DNA of 63,863 bases, filler included, from Octopus bimaculoides (taxonomy: Eukaryota): assembly GCF_001194135.2 (NCBI RefSeq). It is 4 parts of 2 records of this genome, joined end to end, with 100 filler letters (N's around TTAATTAATTAA, not from the genome) between each part and the next. Parts side by side here need not be neighbours in the genome. Positions count along the whole stretch, not along the records: positions 1 to 29,667 come from NC_068984.1; 3 more parts are not named here. The stretch is one strand, 5' to 3'. Every line of letters starts with the position of its first letter. Position 1 is the first letter of the stretch. A program made the translations under genes and the position numbers. Of the stretch, positions 1 through 10,942 are shown one piece after another. The notes beneath the pieces were generated by a model. It was given only the letters and a program-made list of their open reading frames with translations. It was not told the origin of the DNA and made no database searches.

Positions 1-43
<43 letters not shown>

Positions 44-208
44 GTGTGTGTGTGTATGTGTGTGTGTATACTTACACGTACATATAAACTCACACACCAT
101 ACATGCAGTCGTTCCTTTCCACACACATACACACACGCACACATACACACGCACGCACGTGTGTGTGATTGTCTCTATAGATATTTGTGTCTATCTACCT
201 ATCTATCA

Positions 209-259
<51 letters not shown>

Positions 260-290
260 CACATTCACACACGCACACACGCATTCATAG
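1..290. repeat. Compound microsatellite (TA)n/(TG)n/(CA)n/(TCTA)n
   Basis: Directly visible; explains the ORFs 42..290 and 44..322. Confidence 0.97.
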
Positions 291-348
291 ACAAGGAACT
301 AATTGGCTGTGTTTATAAGTAGATATGCGAGTGGGCGTATAATTCTAG

Positions 349-390
<42 letters not shown>

Positions 391-1147
391 CGTGCGCGTG
401 TGAGTGAGTGAGTGTATGTGTGTATTTAATTGTATGTTTGCATGGCGTAAAATAATATTCTCAATCATAAATATATAAATATATATGTACATATATATGT
501 ATATGTATGTGAGATTAGGTGCATGAGTATATATATATATATATATATGTATATGTAGGGGGGGGGGGAGNNNNNNNNNNNNNNNNNNNNNNNNNNNNNN
601 NNNNNNNNNNNNNNNNNNNNNNNNNNNNNNNNNNNNNNNNNNNNNNNNNNNNNNNNNNNNNNNNNNNNNNNNNNNNNNNNNNNNNNNNNNNNNNNNNNNN
701 NNNNNNNNNNNNNNNNNNNNNNNNNNNNNNNNNNNNNNNNNNNNNNNNNNNNNNNNNNNNNNNNNNNNNNNNNNNNNNNNNNNNNNNNNNNNNNNNNNNN
801 NNNNNNNNNNNNNNNNNNNNNNNNNNNNNNNNNNNNNNNNNNNNNNNNNNNNNNNNNNNNNNNNNNNNNNNNNNNNNNNNNNNNNNNNNNNNNNNNNNNN
901 NNNNNNNNNNNNNNNNNNNNNNNNNNNNNNNNNNNNNNNNNNNNNNNNNNNNNNNNNNNNNNNNNNNNNNNNNNNNNNNNNNNNNNNNNNNNNNNNNNNN
1001 NNNNNNNNNNNNNNNNNNNNNNNNNNNNNNNNNNNNNNNNNNNNNNNNNNNNNNNNNNNNNNNNNNNNNNNNNNNNNNNNNNNNNNNNNNNNNNNNNNNN
1101 NNNNNNNNNNNNNNNNNNNNNNNNNNNNNNNNNNNNNNNNNNNNNNN

Positions 1148-1383
1148 GGTACTTTTGGCAAGTGTCTTCTACTGTAGTTTCTGGCCATCACCCTTATGAG
1201 TGAATTTGGTTGACGGAAACTGAAAGAAGCCCAGCGTATATATAACTTAGCGGTGCGGCAAAGGAGGCCGATAGAATAAGTATCAGGCTTTATAAAAAAT
1301 AAGTCCTGATGTCGATTTGTTCGACTAAAAGGCGGTGCCCCAGATTGGCCGCAGATAAATGACTGAAACAAGTAAAAGAAAAT
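1148..1383 (+). mobile_element. SINE family A (tRNA-headed), 5' part lost in gap, internally deleted
   Basis: Shares GGCAAGTGTCTTCTACT..GACGGAAACTGAAAGAAGCCC and the 3' module GATAGAATAAGT..GGCGGTGCCCCAG..GACTGAAACAAGTAAAAGA with the full copy at 30673-31094; the central microsatellite segment is missing. Confidence 0.88.
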
Positions 1384-1399
1384 ATGTACAATGAGCTCT

Positions 1400-1506
1400 C
1401 AAATTCACAGGTTTACAGTAGAAGTTACTTGCCACGCAGCGGGATTGAACTTGAAAACACGTGTTTGCAAAGCGGGCTCCTTAACCACACAGCCATACCT
1501 GCGCCT
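1400..1506 (-). mobile_element. SINE family A 5' head fragment
   Basis: Reverse complement reads AGGCGCAGGTATGGCTGTGTGGTTAAG..AAGTTCAATCCCGCTGCGTGGCAAGT, the family A tRNA-like head. Confidence 0.75.
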
Positions 1507-2129
1507 GTTTGTATAATGTTTCACTAACTGGAATATCTTGGCTTTCTGTATTGAGCGTGTTGATGTCCACTTTAGTGTTTGAATAAAAAAAATAGTTCTT
1601 ATATCGATCTGAATAAGTCAATCAGCTATGGCAGTATTTGATCTCGAAACCGTAACAACAGAATGCAAATATAAAATATTGATCTCAGCCAATGAGCCGA
1701 GAGAGGCGTATAGAAGAAGCTGGCTCTTATAGCTCAGTCGTTTATCGCGCCGTACTAGTAACAGGCAAAAACAAAATAAACAAAAATATACAGGCATCGT
1801 TGTGTGAAACAGTTAACCATGTGGTCTCGGGTTTAGGTTCAGTTCCAGAGCATGGCACATCTGGCATGGCAAGTGACTTTTACTATATCCACGGGTCAGT
1901 GTTTGTGCTTTCTTTTCTTTTGTTACCCCCTCCCCACCAAACGAAGTGGTTACTTTTTGTGTAGCGCCTTATAAGGAGTGACTTCGAAAACAGAAAGAAA
2001 GAAAATAGAAAGAAAGAAGGAAAGAAAGAAAATTCAAGCGAAGATTTCATTATTTCTCTTCTCGATTTTTTTTTTCAGGATTGAAAAATGAGAAAGAAAG
2101 CATGTCATCTATCTATCTATCTATCTATC

Positions 2130-2164
<35 letters not shown>

Positions 2165-2520
2165 TCGTTTTGCAAGATTCTTGATGTGAAATCTTGATGT
2201 GAAATACAACAGATATTGTTGTATTTGGGGATGGTCATGTCGCCAGTTTAGCCAATAAAAACGCACGTTAATTTGCTTCAGTTTTATTCTACATTAATCG
2301 TATTTCGGCCAGAGTTCTTTTGTCACACTTCTGTGACCTCATCAGTGGTCCTTTGCTTTCTTCTTTCTTATTTGTGTGTCTTTCCTTACTAACGATCAGC
2401 CATTTTGTATTTTCTATTCCTATTGTATGTGTCTTTATTTGCGCATGCGTATCCCCCCTATGTGTGTCTACGTTTAGTAAGTACTAAACATAGACACACA
2501 CCGCTGTTTCGGTGATGGTG
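2165..2520 (-). mobile_element. Probable Penelope-like-element-derived repeat with decayed hammerhead motif
   Basis: Contains minus-strand CUGAUGAG-GUCAC-loop-GUGAC-(A)AAA-GAAC-UC motif at 2307-2350; assignment to PLE is inference from the motif. Confidence 0.45.
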
Positions 2521-2809
2521 CAGAATTTGAAATCAGAAAAGTGTTGTAAATATGTTGAACAAAAAACAATACGAAATTAATGACACAACACTTATCATTT
2601 TAAATAATCAAAGCTCTCTAGCTAAAAATTACCGCTCAATAATTCGCCTGAACATCATATATAAGACACACTGGATGTTTCAGACTGTCACCAACAGTAT
2701 TGCGAAATTAGACGTGTGGGTGCGGCTGTTTGGGCGCTGACTGGCCATTCAACCTGTTTTGACGACAGTACGTTTTAGCACTGGAGGGAAACGCACACAC
2801 ACGGACGCG

Positions 2810-2864
2810 AGAGAGAAAGAGAGAGAGAGAGAGAGCTTGCTTGCCGAAATACACACATACAAAT

Positions 2865-2931
<67 letters not shown>

Positions 2932-2935
2932 AAGA
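2810..2935. repeat. (GA)n microsatellites
   Basis: Directly visible. Confidence 0.97.
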
Positions 2936-4056
2936 GAAATAGAAGATGAGAAGGATATATAGCAATTTATTAACTGAATACGATTAACATAAACGCTATC
3001 CCTCTCCTCTTATACATAGAGAGAAATATGCTCAAACACATAAGAGGGAGAGAAAACGAAAGAAATGTCTGATGTCAAATAAGTCAGCGTTGAATCAGTT
3101 ACACCAAATAAACGGTTATGCCAAAACGTCTCATTCCCCAGTAGTGGTGCTTTGGGGGTGTTGCAGAACTGACCAGAGGCGTAGCTAGAATATGAGCCAT
3201 CCATGTCAACCCTTGAGTTCACCCCACACACATACCTACAGGGCCACCAAACCATTACAGGCTTATACAGCAGTCTGTACGCTGAAAGGCATCGTCCGGG
3301 GTGAGGGGGGGGGAGTCCCCACTTTCCACCCCTCGGAACTGACAGCTGTGATTGTAATGTGGTAGAAAGACTGCATATCTTACAGCAGCAATAAACTGCA
3401 CCATTCCCTCCTGTACTCACGTGATCTTTCATTTTTTTTATTTATTAGTTTTTATGTCATTGTGTAGGTGGTCTGTGGGTGTGGTCTGTGTGAACCCTAT
3501 GACGCAGACTGTCTGGAGTTCTTTGTATAATTTNNNNNNNNNNNNNNNNNNNNNNNNNNNNNNNNNNNNNNNNNNNNNNNNNNNNNNNNNNNNNNNNNNN
3601 NNNNNNNNNNNNNNNNNNNNNNNNNNNNNNNNNNNNNNNNNNNNNNNNNNNNNNNNNNNNNNNNNNNNNNNNNNNNNNNNNNNNNNNNNNNNNNNNNNNN
3701 NNNNNNNNNNNNNNNNNNNNNNNNNNNNNNNNNNNNNNNNNNNNNNNNNNNNNNNNNNNNNNNNNNNNNNNNNNNNNNNNNNNNNNNNNNNNNNNNNNNN
3801 NNNNNNNNNNNNNNNNNNNNNNNNNNNNNNNNNNNNNNNNNNNNNNNNNNNNNNNNNNNNNNNNNNNNNNNNNNNNNNNNNNNNNNNNNNNNNNNNNNNN
3901 NNNNNNNNNNNNNNNNNNNNNNNNNNNNNNNNNNNNNNNNNNNNNNNNNNNNNNNNNNNNNNNNNNNNNNNNNNNNNNNNNNNNNNNNNNNNNNNNNNNN
4001 NNNNNNNNNNNNNNNNNNNNNNNNNNNNNNNNNNNNNNNNNNNNNNNNNNNNNNNN

Positions 4057-4388
4057 TTAACTGTTTAACTTGTTTCAGTCATTTGACTGTGGCCATGCTG
4101 GAGCACCGCCTTTAGTCGAACAAATCGACTCCAGGACTTATTCTTTGTAAGCTTAGTACTTATTCTATCGGTTTCTTTTGCCGAACCGCTAAGTTACGGG
4201 GACGTAAACACACCAGCATCGGTTGTCAAGCAATGTTGGGGGAACAAACACAGACACACAAATACACATATATACATACATATACATATATACGATGGGC
4301 TTCTTTCAGTTTCCGTCTACCAAATCCACTCACAAAACTTTGGTCGGCCCGAGGCTACAGTAGAAGACATTTTCCCAAGGTGCCACGC
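4057..4388 (-). mobile_element. SINE family A, head truncated
   Basis: Clear reverse-complement match to 30673-31094, including the internal (CA)/(TA) tract; ends at CCAAGGTGCCACGCA. Confidence 0.92.
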
Positions 4389-4469
4389 ATTTATATATAT
4401 TTTTTAGATTTTAATTATTTCTGTGTTAAAATAAGCATTATCATGCCTAAAAATGAATAAATTAGTAAA

Positions 4470-4730
4470 TAACAATACAGTACAGTACTGCACTGTGTAA
4501 CGCATTAATTAAAATATATTAAAAGAAAATACGTAGTGTACCGTAGATGAGTAGACAAAGAATCGCACATACTGTACGGAAAACGAAACTCGGGAGGCGA
4601 GTATGTGGTGTTGCTTTGCATTTATAATAAAATAAATATATAGAAGTTATAAAAATAATTTTTAAAAAATATAGTACTGTTTCTACTCGTGGATTTTCAC
4701 TTATCACGTGGGGTTTGGACCAGTCGTTGT
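4470..4730. mobile_element. Possible Tigger/pogo-like MITE end fragment
   Basis: AT-rich body with CAGTACAGTACTG motifs ending in GGATTTTCACTTATCACGTGGG, resembling Tigger-type subterminal sequence; no partner TIR found. Confidence 0.35.
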
Positions 4731-5059
4731 AATCGACTTGTCCTCTCACCTCTAATTTGCTGACCTTGAACCCTGCAGCTGACTGGAGTCCCGTTGAGGG
4801 AGTATGTTGTTGTCTCGGTCACTTACATGCTACGGAAACCGGATAACCAGTCTTATGAGTCCTTGGGCTCAGGAAAATTAAGCATAAGAGACACAGAAAA
4901 CGTATTTGGTATTAATACGTTTTACGCTTTCTGTCTTCCTTTGTTTTGATATTCGGCACGCGGACTCCGCATTCTCTTATCTAGAATTACAAAGGTTGTT
5001 AAACCAGGTCGAATATAAGAAAAAATGTGTGGACATGATCAACCACGCCCAAACATTTT

Positions 5060-5165
5060 GGTATTCAGTTTTATTTCAAGATTTCTTGCCAATAGAGAAA
5101 GAGCCGGTCTCTTACCTTGACCCAAAGCTCAATCATTGGAATTTCAACATCAATAACAGGGTATT
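5060..5165 (-). repeat. ~100-bp interspersed repeat (copy 1 of 3), probable LINE 3' end
   Basis: TTCAGTTTTATTTCAAGATTTCTTGCCAATAGAGAAAGAGCC..TCATTGGAATTTCAACATC..AGGGTA recurs at 6483-6592 and 47890-47993. Confidence 0.8.
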
Positions 5166-5299
5166 TTTTTTATGTATGTATGTGTGTATGTAACATATGG
5201 TATAATTATAAACAGGGGAAATTTTAGTCAAACTTTATATACTCGACAAATGCAGCAGTTACTCTATGAAGGGGTCCCTAATTTGCAAACCGTAAGTGT

Positions 5300-6110
5300 T
5301 TAACATATCGACTATACCAGACTGGTGAACGGCGCTTACTATCTAATCGTGGTAGACAGCTGTACAAAGTGGCCAGCGGTATGCAGGTGCAATAAACCAA
5401 CCGTTAAGGTAACTATAAAGTTCCTATATGAATTGTTTGCGCGATACGGTGTTCCAGACAAGTTAGTTTCTCATAATGGAACGCAATTCTCGGGGTATGA
5501 ATTCAAGAACTTCTGTAAAATGCATGCAATAAAACATATTTTCACTCCACCCTACCACCCGAGGTCAAATGGGTAGGTAGGAATATTCGTGGACATGTTC
5601 AAAAGAGCGTTAAGAAAAGCTAGAAAAGAATTAAGTAACGACGAAACACTAACAGAATTCTTAAGGGTATATAGAGTAACCCCCAATCCAAGTACAAATT
5701 CAAGAAAGTCACTCGCAAAGTTGATGTCTGCGAGAAGAATAAAATCGATTTTTTATACGTTATTGCCAAAGAAAAAAGATGTAAAGGAAATACGAAATAT
5801 TTCCAAATAGAAGATAAAATGCATTTTAAAACCTACAGAAATGGTAAAGAAGGCTGAGAGGATGGCCTTGTAACCAAAAAAAATAGGAAGTATGATGTAT
5901 CGAATTAAAGGACCACGCTGGGAACATAAGAGAGACACATAAATCAGCTAAAGAAGAGACATACCGAAGAACGGAGAGAAATTCGTATGGAAGTATTTTT
6001 TTATGTATTCGATGTCCCAGCACCGAAAGTAATGGAGTCTCGTAGAACCAGCATGAGAAAACGGAAGCAGATTGAACACCTTGAGATAAAGCTCAATCGA
6101 AAGAGATACT
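5300..6110 (+). pseudogene. Ty3/Gypsy LTR-retrotransposon integrase remnant (rve domain and C-terminal tail)
   Basis: HIDY..NGAYYLIVVDSCTKWP..LFARYGVPDKLVSHNGTQFSGYEFKNFC..TPPYHPRSNG*..FVDMFKRALRK..YRVTPN..KRHINQLKKR; in-frame stop at 5574-5576, DNG motif mutated to HNG, downstream frameshifts. Confidence 0.93.
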
Positions 6111-6187
6111 AAAAGAAAAAAATAATAATAATAAAAATAAAGAAAATTTCTTTATTCCTTCGGAACTCGAAATCTCAAACGGGGAGA

Positions 6188-6473
6188 TGTTGTGGCGAGA
6201 GTACGACACACCACTCTGACAAGAATAGACAGGACCACTACATATAAATAGTAGCGGTCTGACGTAGTCGGCAGTTCGTAGTTTGGTTTTCGAAGTCCAG
6301 GTACAGTTTACAGTTCGAGTTAGTGTGTTGGAAATATTGATTGTTGGTTCGTTACGTGTTTGTTACTGCTGTTGTTCCTATTTTGTATTGTTATAACAGT
6401 GTTACAGTGTATTCTTATTCTATCGTCGACAGTATCAACCGTTCTACGATATTGGAGGCGTAAGGACATAACA
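6188..6473 (+). mobile_element. 3' LTR of the Gypsy element, preceded by polypurine tract
   Basis: PPT AAACGGGGAGA immediately before TG at 6188; ends CATAACA at 6473 (TGTTGTG..CATAACA, 6/7 inverted match); TATA-like TATAAATA near 6243. Confidence 0.8.
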
Positions 6474-6482
6474 GTATGTATG

Positions 6483-6592
6483 TGATTATTGAGTTTTATT
6501 TTAAGATTGCTTGTCGATAGAGAAAGAGCCGGTCAATAGGAAAGACTTAGTTCCAAGGCACCTTCATTGGAATTTCAACATCAGCAGGGTAT
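6483..6592 (-). repeat. ~100-bp interspersed repeat (copy 2 of 3)
   Basis: Diverged match to 5060-5165 and 47890-47993. Confidence 0.7.
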
Positions 6593-6796
6593 CTGTGCAA
6601 GTTAGTGTGTATGTATGCAGTATACAGAGTCAGTGTATGTGCAGATTTCTATGTTTTTTCAAGTATGTTATTTTTATGTGTGTTTTTTTATGTATGTATT
6701 CTCATGCATATAGTTGCATGACTTGACATGCGCATATTTACTTAAATGTAATTTTTTACAGTTTCATTAATAGCTTGAATCTGTAATCTTCTATTT

Positions 6797-7160
6797 ATTT
6801 ATGTATGTATGTATGTATGTATGTATGCATGTATGTGTGAGTGTATAGTATGTATGTATGTATGTATGTATGTATGTATGTATGTATGTATGTATGTATG
6901 CATGTTAGTATGTATGTATGTATGTATGTATGTGTGTATGTATGTGTGTATGTATGTATGTATGCATGTATGTATGTATGTATGTATGTATGCATGTATT
7001 ACGTATGTATATACGTATGTATGTACGTATGCATGCATGTATGTATGTATGTATGTATGCATGTGTGTATGCATGCATGTATGTATATATGTATGCATGT
7101 CAGTATGTATGTATGTATGTATGTATGTATGTATGTATGCATGTATGTATGTATGTATGT
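6797..7160. repeat. (TATG)n tetranucleotide microsatellite, ~360 bp
   Basis: Directly visible; source of the MYVC/HTYI ORFs. Confidence 0.98.
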
Positions 7161-7635
7161 AAGATGCGACCAGCTTCTGCCTCCTCAATTCACTCACAAG
7201 CTGTTGATCGATATGGGCCTCAGCAGAAGACACTAGTCTTAGGTGCCGCGGTGAGGGCCTGAACTGAACGTAAAACTACATCGTCGAGAAGCGAACTTTT
7301 AAACCATTCAGCCATGACTGCGCTAAGTAGTTCAAAACACATTCAGGGCGGTTCAGAGACATTTCTATAACAAATGTATAATAAACGAGATACTACTTCA
7401 TGTAACGTACGGAGACTAGTTCAAATAATCTATCTGTCATCAAGGAGGTGTTCTAATACGCCATGGAATATAATTAATATTCCCCAATTAATCTTAGTAA
7501 GACATCAAACACAGTCGAAATAAAGTCTGTAACACACCAGGTGTAGATTAATCGTTTTATATAGCATACCTAACATTGTTCTCTTAATCTTTGTTAGTCA
7601 TCAAATACAGTTCATGTACTTTATAGAACACACCT

Positions 7636-7800
7636 GGCGTGGCTGTGTGGTTTGGAAGCTCGTTTTGCAACCAAATGGCTTCGGGTTCAGTCTCACTGCG
7701 CGGTAGTTTGGGCGAGTGTCTTTTACTATAAGCCCACCGGCCTATCAATAGCTTATGAGTGACTCTGGTAGACGGAAACTGGGTGAAAGCTCGTCGTAAA
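7636..7800 (+). mobile_element. SINE family A 5' half followed by (TG)/(CG) tract
   Basis: GGCGTGGCTGTGTGG..GGGTTCAGTCTCACTGCG..GGTAGACGGAAACTG. Confidence 0.85.
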
Positions 7801-8307
7801 TGTGTGTGTGTATGCGCGCGCGCGCGCGCGTGTGTGTATGCGCGCGTGCGTGCGCGCGCGTGTGTGTGTGTGTGCGTGTGTGTGTGTGCGTGAACAAATT
7901 AAATTGTGTGTGTGTGTGTGTGTGAACTTTTTGCATCCTTTTCATATTCCCCGAGTTCACATTCTAATTTCTAATCCCGCCTCACATTGCAAGGAAATAG
8001 TTACTTCCCCTTGTGTTAGCGGCTTTAAACATACTCGATAATGTAGTCCCTGAAAGATTGAAAGAAAAAGAAAAGGGATGATTACCGTTGAAACGTGTTT
8101 GGTTATAATTTCGCTCGGTTTGACTGAGCTAAAGAGCAAAGCGAATAATCACAATGATACACAGTGAAAACGGCATTAAATTTCTCTCTCGTTTCGTACC
8201 TGTTCTATGGTGCAGAGATATTCCACGACAAGATAACTCACGATAGCATTCATAAATTATTACCACTGATATGGGAGATGATACCAATATTTCACCGTTG
8301 TAACAGG

Positions 8308-8369
<62 letters not shown>

Positions 8370-8382
8370 TTATTGCTCTCTC

Positions 8383-8768
8383 GGTATGTGGTTACGAAGC
8401 TCGCTTTGTAACTACGTGCTTTCGGGTTTAATCCAATAGCGCGGTTCTTCTACTATAATGCCGAACCGACCAATGTCTTGTGAGTGACTTTGGTAGATGG
8501 AATCTATGTGGAAACCCGTCGTATATGTGTGCGTGCATGTATGTATGTGTGTGTTTTCTCCCCACCACTACTCGACAACTGGTGTTGGTTTGTTTACCTC
8601 CCGGTAACATAGTAGTTTGGCAAAAGAACGATAGAATAATTACCAGACTTCACACACACAAAAAAGAAAAACGAAAGAAAAGAGGTAAAAAAACGCAGAA
8701 ATTTCTTCGACTAAACCCTTCCAGGAGGTGCCCCAGCATGGCCTCGGTCTAATAAATGGAACAAATAG
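8383..8768 (+). mobile_element. SINE family A, older diverged copy
   Basis: Head, central microsatellite and 3' module all recognisable. Confidence 0.85.
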
Positions 8769-9040
8769 GAAAAAAATGTAAAAGGCATATATCACCGCTG
8801 CTGGAAATATTGATAAAAGTTTCCGCCTTTGACATGGATGTTCATAAAAATATCACAACTCTTTTGTAAGAATTTATAAAAAAAAAATATCACATCACGC
8901 TTTATATATATCACATTGCTTTGTGAGAGTTGCTTATATATCATACCGCTGTCATGGAAGATAAAGCTAACCGCACAGAAATCTGCTGGAAGTTAACTAA
9001 CCATTCTGTCATTGATAGTGGTCGTTAACTAACTATATAG

Positions 9041-9385
9041 TGATATTGTATATGGATTGAATTCACTCTTACTTCCTCGCTTATGCAATCTTGTATTGGT
9101 TAAAATCGTTAGCTAACTATCACTGGCTATTATCACAAGTTAAATAGTACACCGATGTGTTTGAAGTTAAAGTAAAATTACATATTAGCGGTAGATAGAC
9201 GAAAATTATATAGAGTGAGATATTGTCTATGGATCGAATTCACCCTCACTCTCATTGCATCCGCCATCTTGCTTTAATGTATCGTTAGTTAACTATCACC
9301 GAGTATTATCACAAGTTAAATATTACAGCAATGTGTTTGAAGTTAAAGCAACATAATAACATTTTAGCAGTAGACAGGTGAAATT
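9041..9385. repeat. Diverged tandem duplication, period ~177 bp
   Basis: GATATTGT..TATGGAT.GAATTCAC at 9042 and 9219; TATTATCACAAGTTAAAT and GTGTTTGAAGTTAAAG repeated at the same offset. Confidence 0.85.
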
Positions 9386-9464
9386 TAAACTAAAATGCCA
9401 CTACAAACACCCGGATACGCGGAATGGGGGTAGATACGCAGGATTAAATATCAATATTGCAAGG

Positions 9465-9560
9465 TATTGTTGTTGTTGTTGTTGAGCTCCAAGTGAAGCT
9501 TGATCGCCACACAAACGATAGGAAAGCATTCTATCTGTGACGATCTCGTTTTTCTTCCAT
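9465..9560 (-). mobile_element. 3' tail fragment of an (AAC)n-tailed retroposon (family F)
   Basis: (GTT)n then sequence similar to 16370-16445, 28437-28520, 31600-31690, 32235-32290. Confidence 0.55.
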
Positions 9561-9675
9561 TTTTTTTTCAGACATAGTATAGCTAATGTATAGCTTTTTA
9601 AAGACAAGGATGTGATTTGATGATTAGTTTATTGCCACATCCAGCAGGTTCAAAGACTGCATTCAATATTTATTC

Positions 9676-10150
9676 TTAAGCCCTTCCCTTCAAGTGGAGC
9701 ATAGGCCATCAACGTCATTTCTACAGTGTTCTCGACTTTGGGCTGTCTTTTCTGCTTCTCTCAGGTCCTGCTGGTATTGAATAGTCATCTACGTAGGAAT
9801 GTTTACCCTACACGAAAATTATTTTTACTTCTGGGAGGAGGCGGTCCATATTACTCTCTGGTCTCTATCCTTTGACCTATTTAGTATGGGGGGAAGCTCC
9901 TCCAGAAGCTTGCGCCTTGATGGCAAATCTCTCAAGTTCAGGGACAGATTCAAGGTGGTGGTGGGACTGAGGGGCACGTGTCCCTCTCAAGAAAAGAAGT
10001 GCGCTTTTCTAAATAATGTTATTACACCTTTTCCCCCTGGAATTGTATTCCCTTCTGTCTTTGTGCCCTCTCTTCGAAAAATTCATGGAACCGGCCCTGA
10101 AGCCATTTAGGCACACAAGCCACCACATTACAAGAAACGACTGGACCTTG
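9676..10150 (-). mobile_element. Internally deleted RTE-clade LINE (5'-UTR-like part + ORF C-terminus)
   Basis: Minus strand 9750-9689 translates AEKTAQSREHCRNDVDGLCST*, resembling the RTE ORF end; 9835-9900 resembles the RTE 5' region (GTCAAAGGATAGAGACCAGAG). Confidence 0.55.
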
Positions 10151-10407
10151 TGGAAGAAACAACATATGGTTCCGTGATATTTTATTTTTTGAAAACCATA
10201 TAAAGGTTCAACAACAAAATAAGTTTGTAAACTACTGGCATAAAGAAGATTTTCTATTTGGGTTGTTTGTAAAGGGAGTTAACTCAAATGGCGTTCATGA
10301 AGAATATTACGCTCGTATGTTCAAATTCCACGGAGGCTGACCTTGCTTTTCATCCACCTCCGGCGATGGAGGTGCTTCCGAATGGCTAAAATTACGTAAT
10401 TTTATAT

Positions 10408-10788
10408 TCGTTTAATTGTTTCAGTAATTTGACTGCGGCCATGCTGGAGTAAACAAATCGACCCCAGAACTTATTATTTGAAGCCTAGTACTTATTCTAT
10501 CGGTGTCTTTTGCCGAACCACTAAGTTACGGGGACGTAAACACACCGACATCAGTTGTTAAGCGATGGCGGGGAGACAAAGACAGACACGTAAGTATATA
10601 CATACATATATATACATATGTTATACGACGGGCTTCTTTTAGTTTCCGTCTACCAAATCTACTCACAAAGCTTTGGTCGGCCCGAGGCTATAGTAGAAGA
10701 CACTTTCCCAAGTTTCCATGCAATGAGACTGAACCAGAAACCATATGGTTGGGGAAGCAAGCTTCTTACCACACAGCCATGCTTGCGG
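10408..10788 (-). mobile_element. SINE family A, near full length
   Basis: Reverse-complement match to 30673-31094 with a short internal deletion. Confidence 0.93.
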
Positions 10789-10942
10789 CTATATGCATGT
10801 AATTTTTTATTATTAATTGCTAGAAAAAAACAAGCGTCATCTGTGTAAAAAAAAACTTTGAAAAAAATCTGGTGAAAATTTGAAATACTTCAAGTGGCTT
10901 CAAGAAATTTAATAAGATTCAATATTATAGCGTCATTGTAGA

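Noticed and set aside
6795-7262. MYVC/HTYI-repeat ORFs (also 24171-25009, 42996-43215)
   Set aside because: Translations of (TATG)n.
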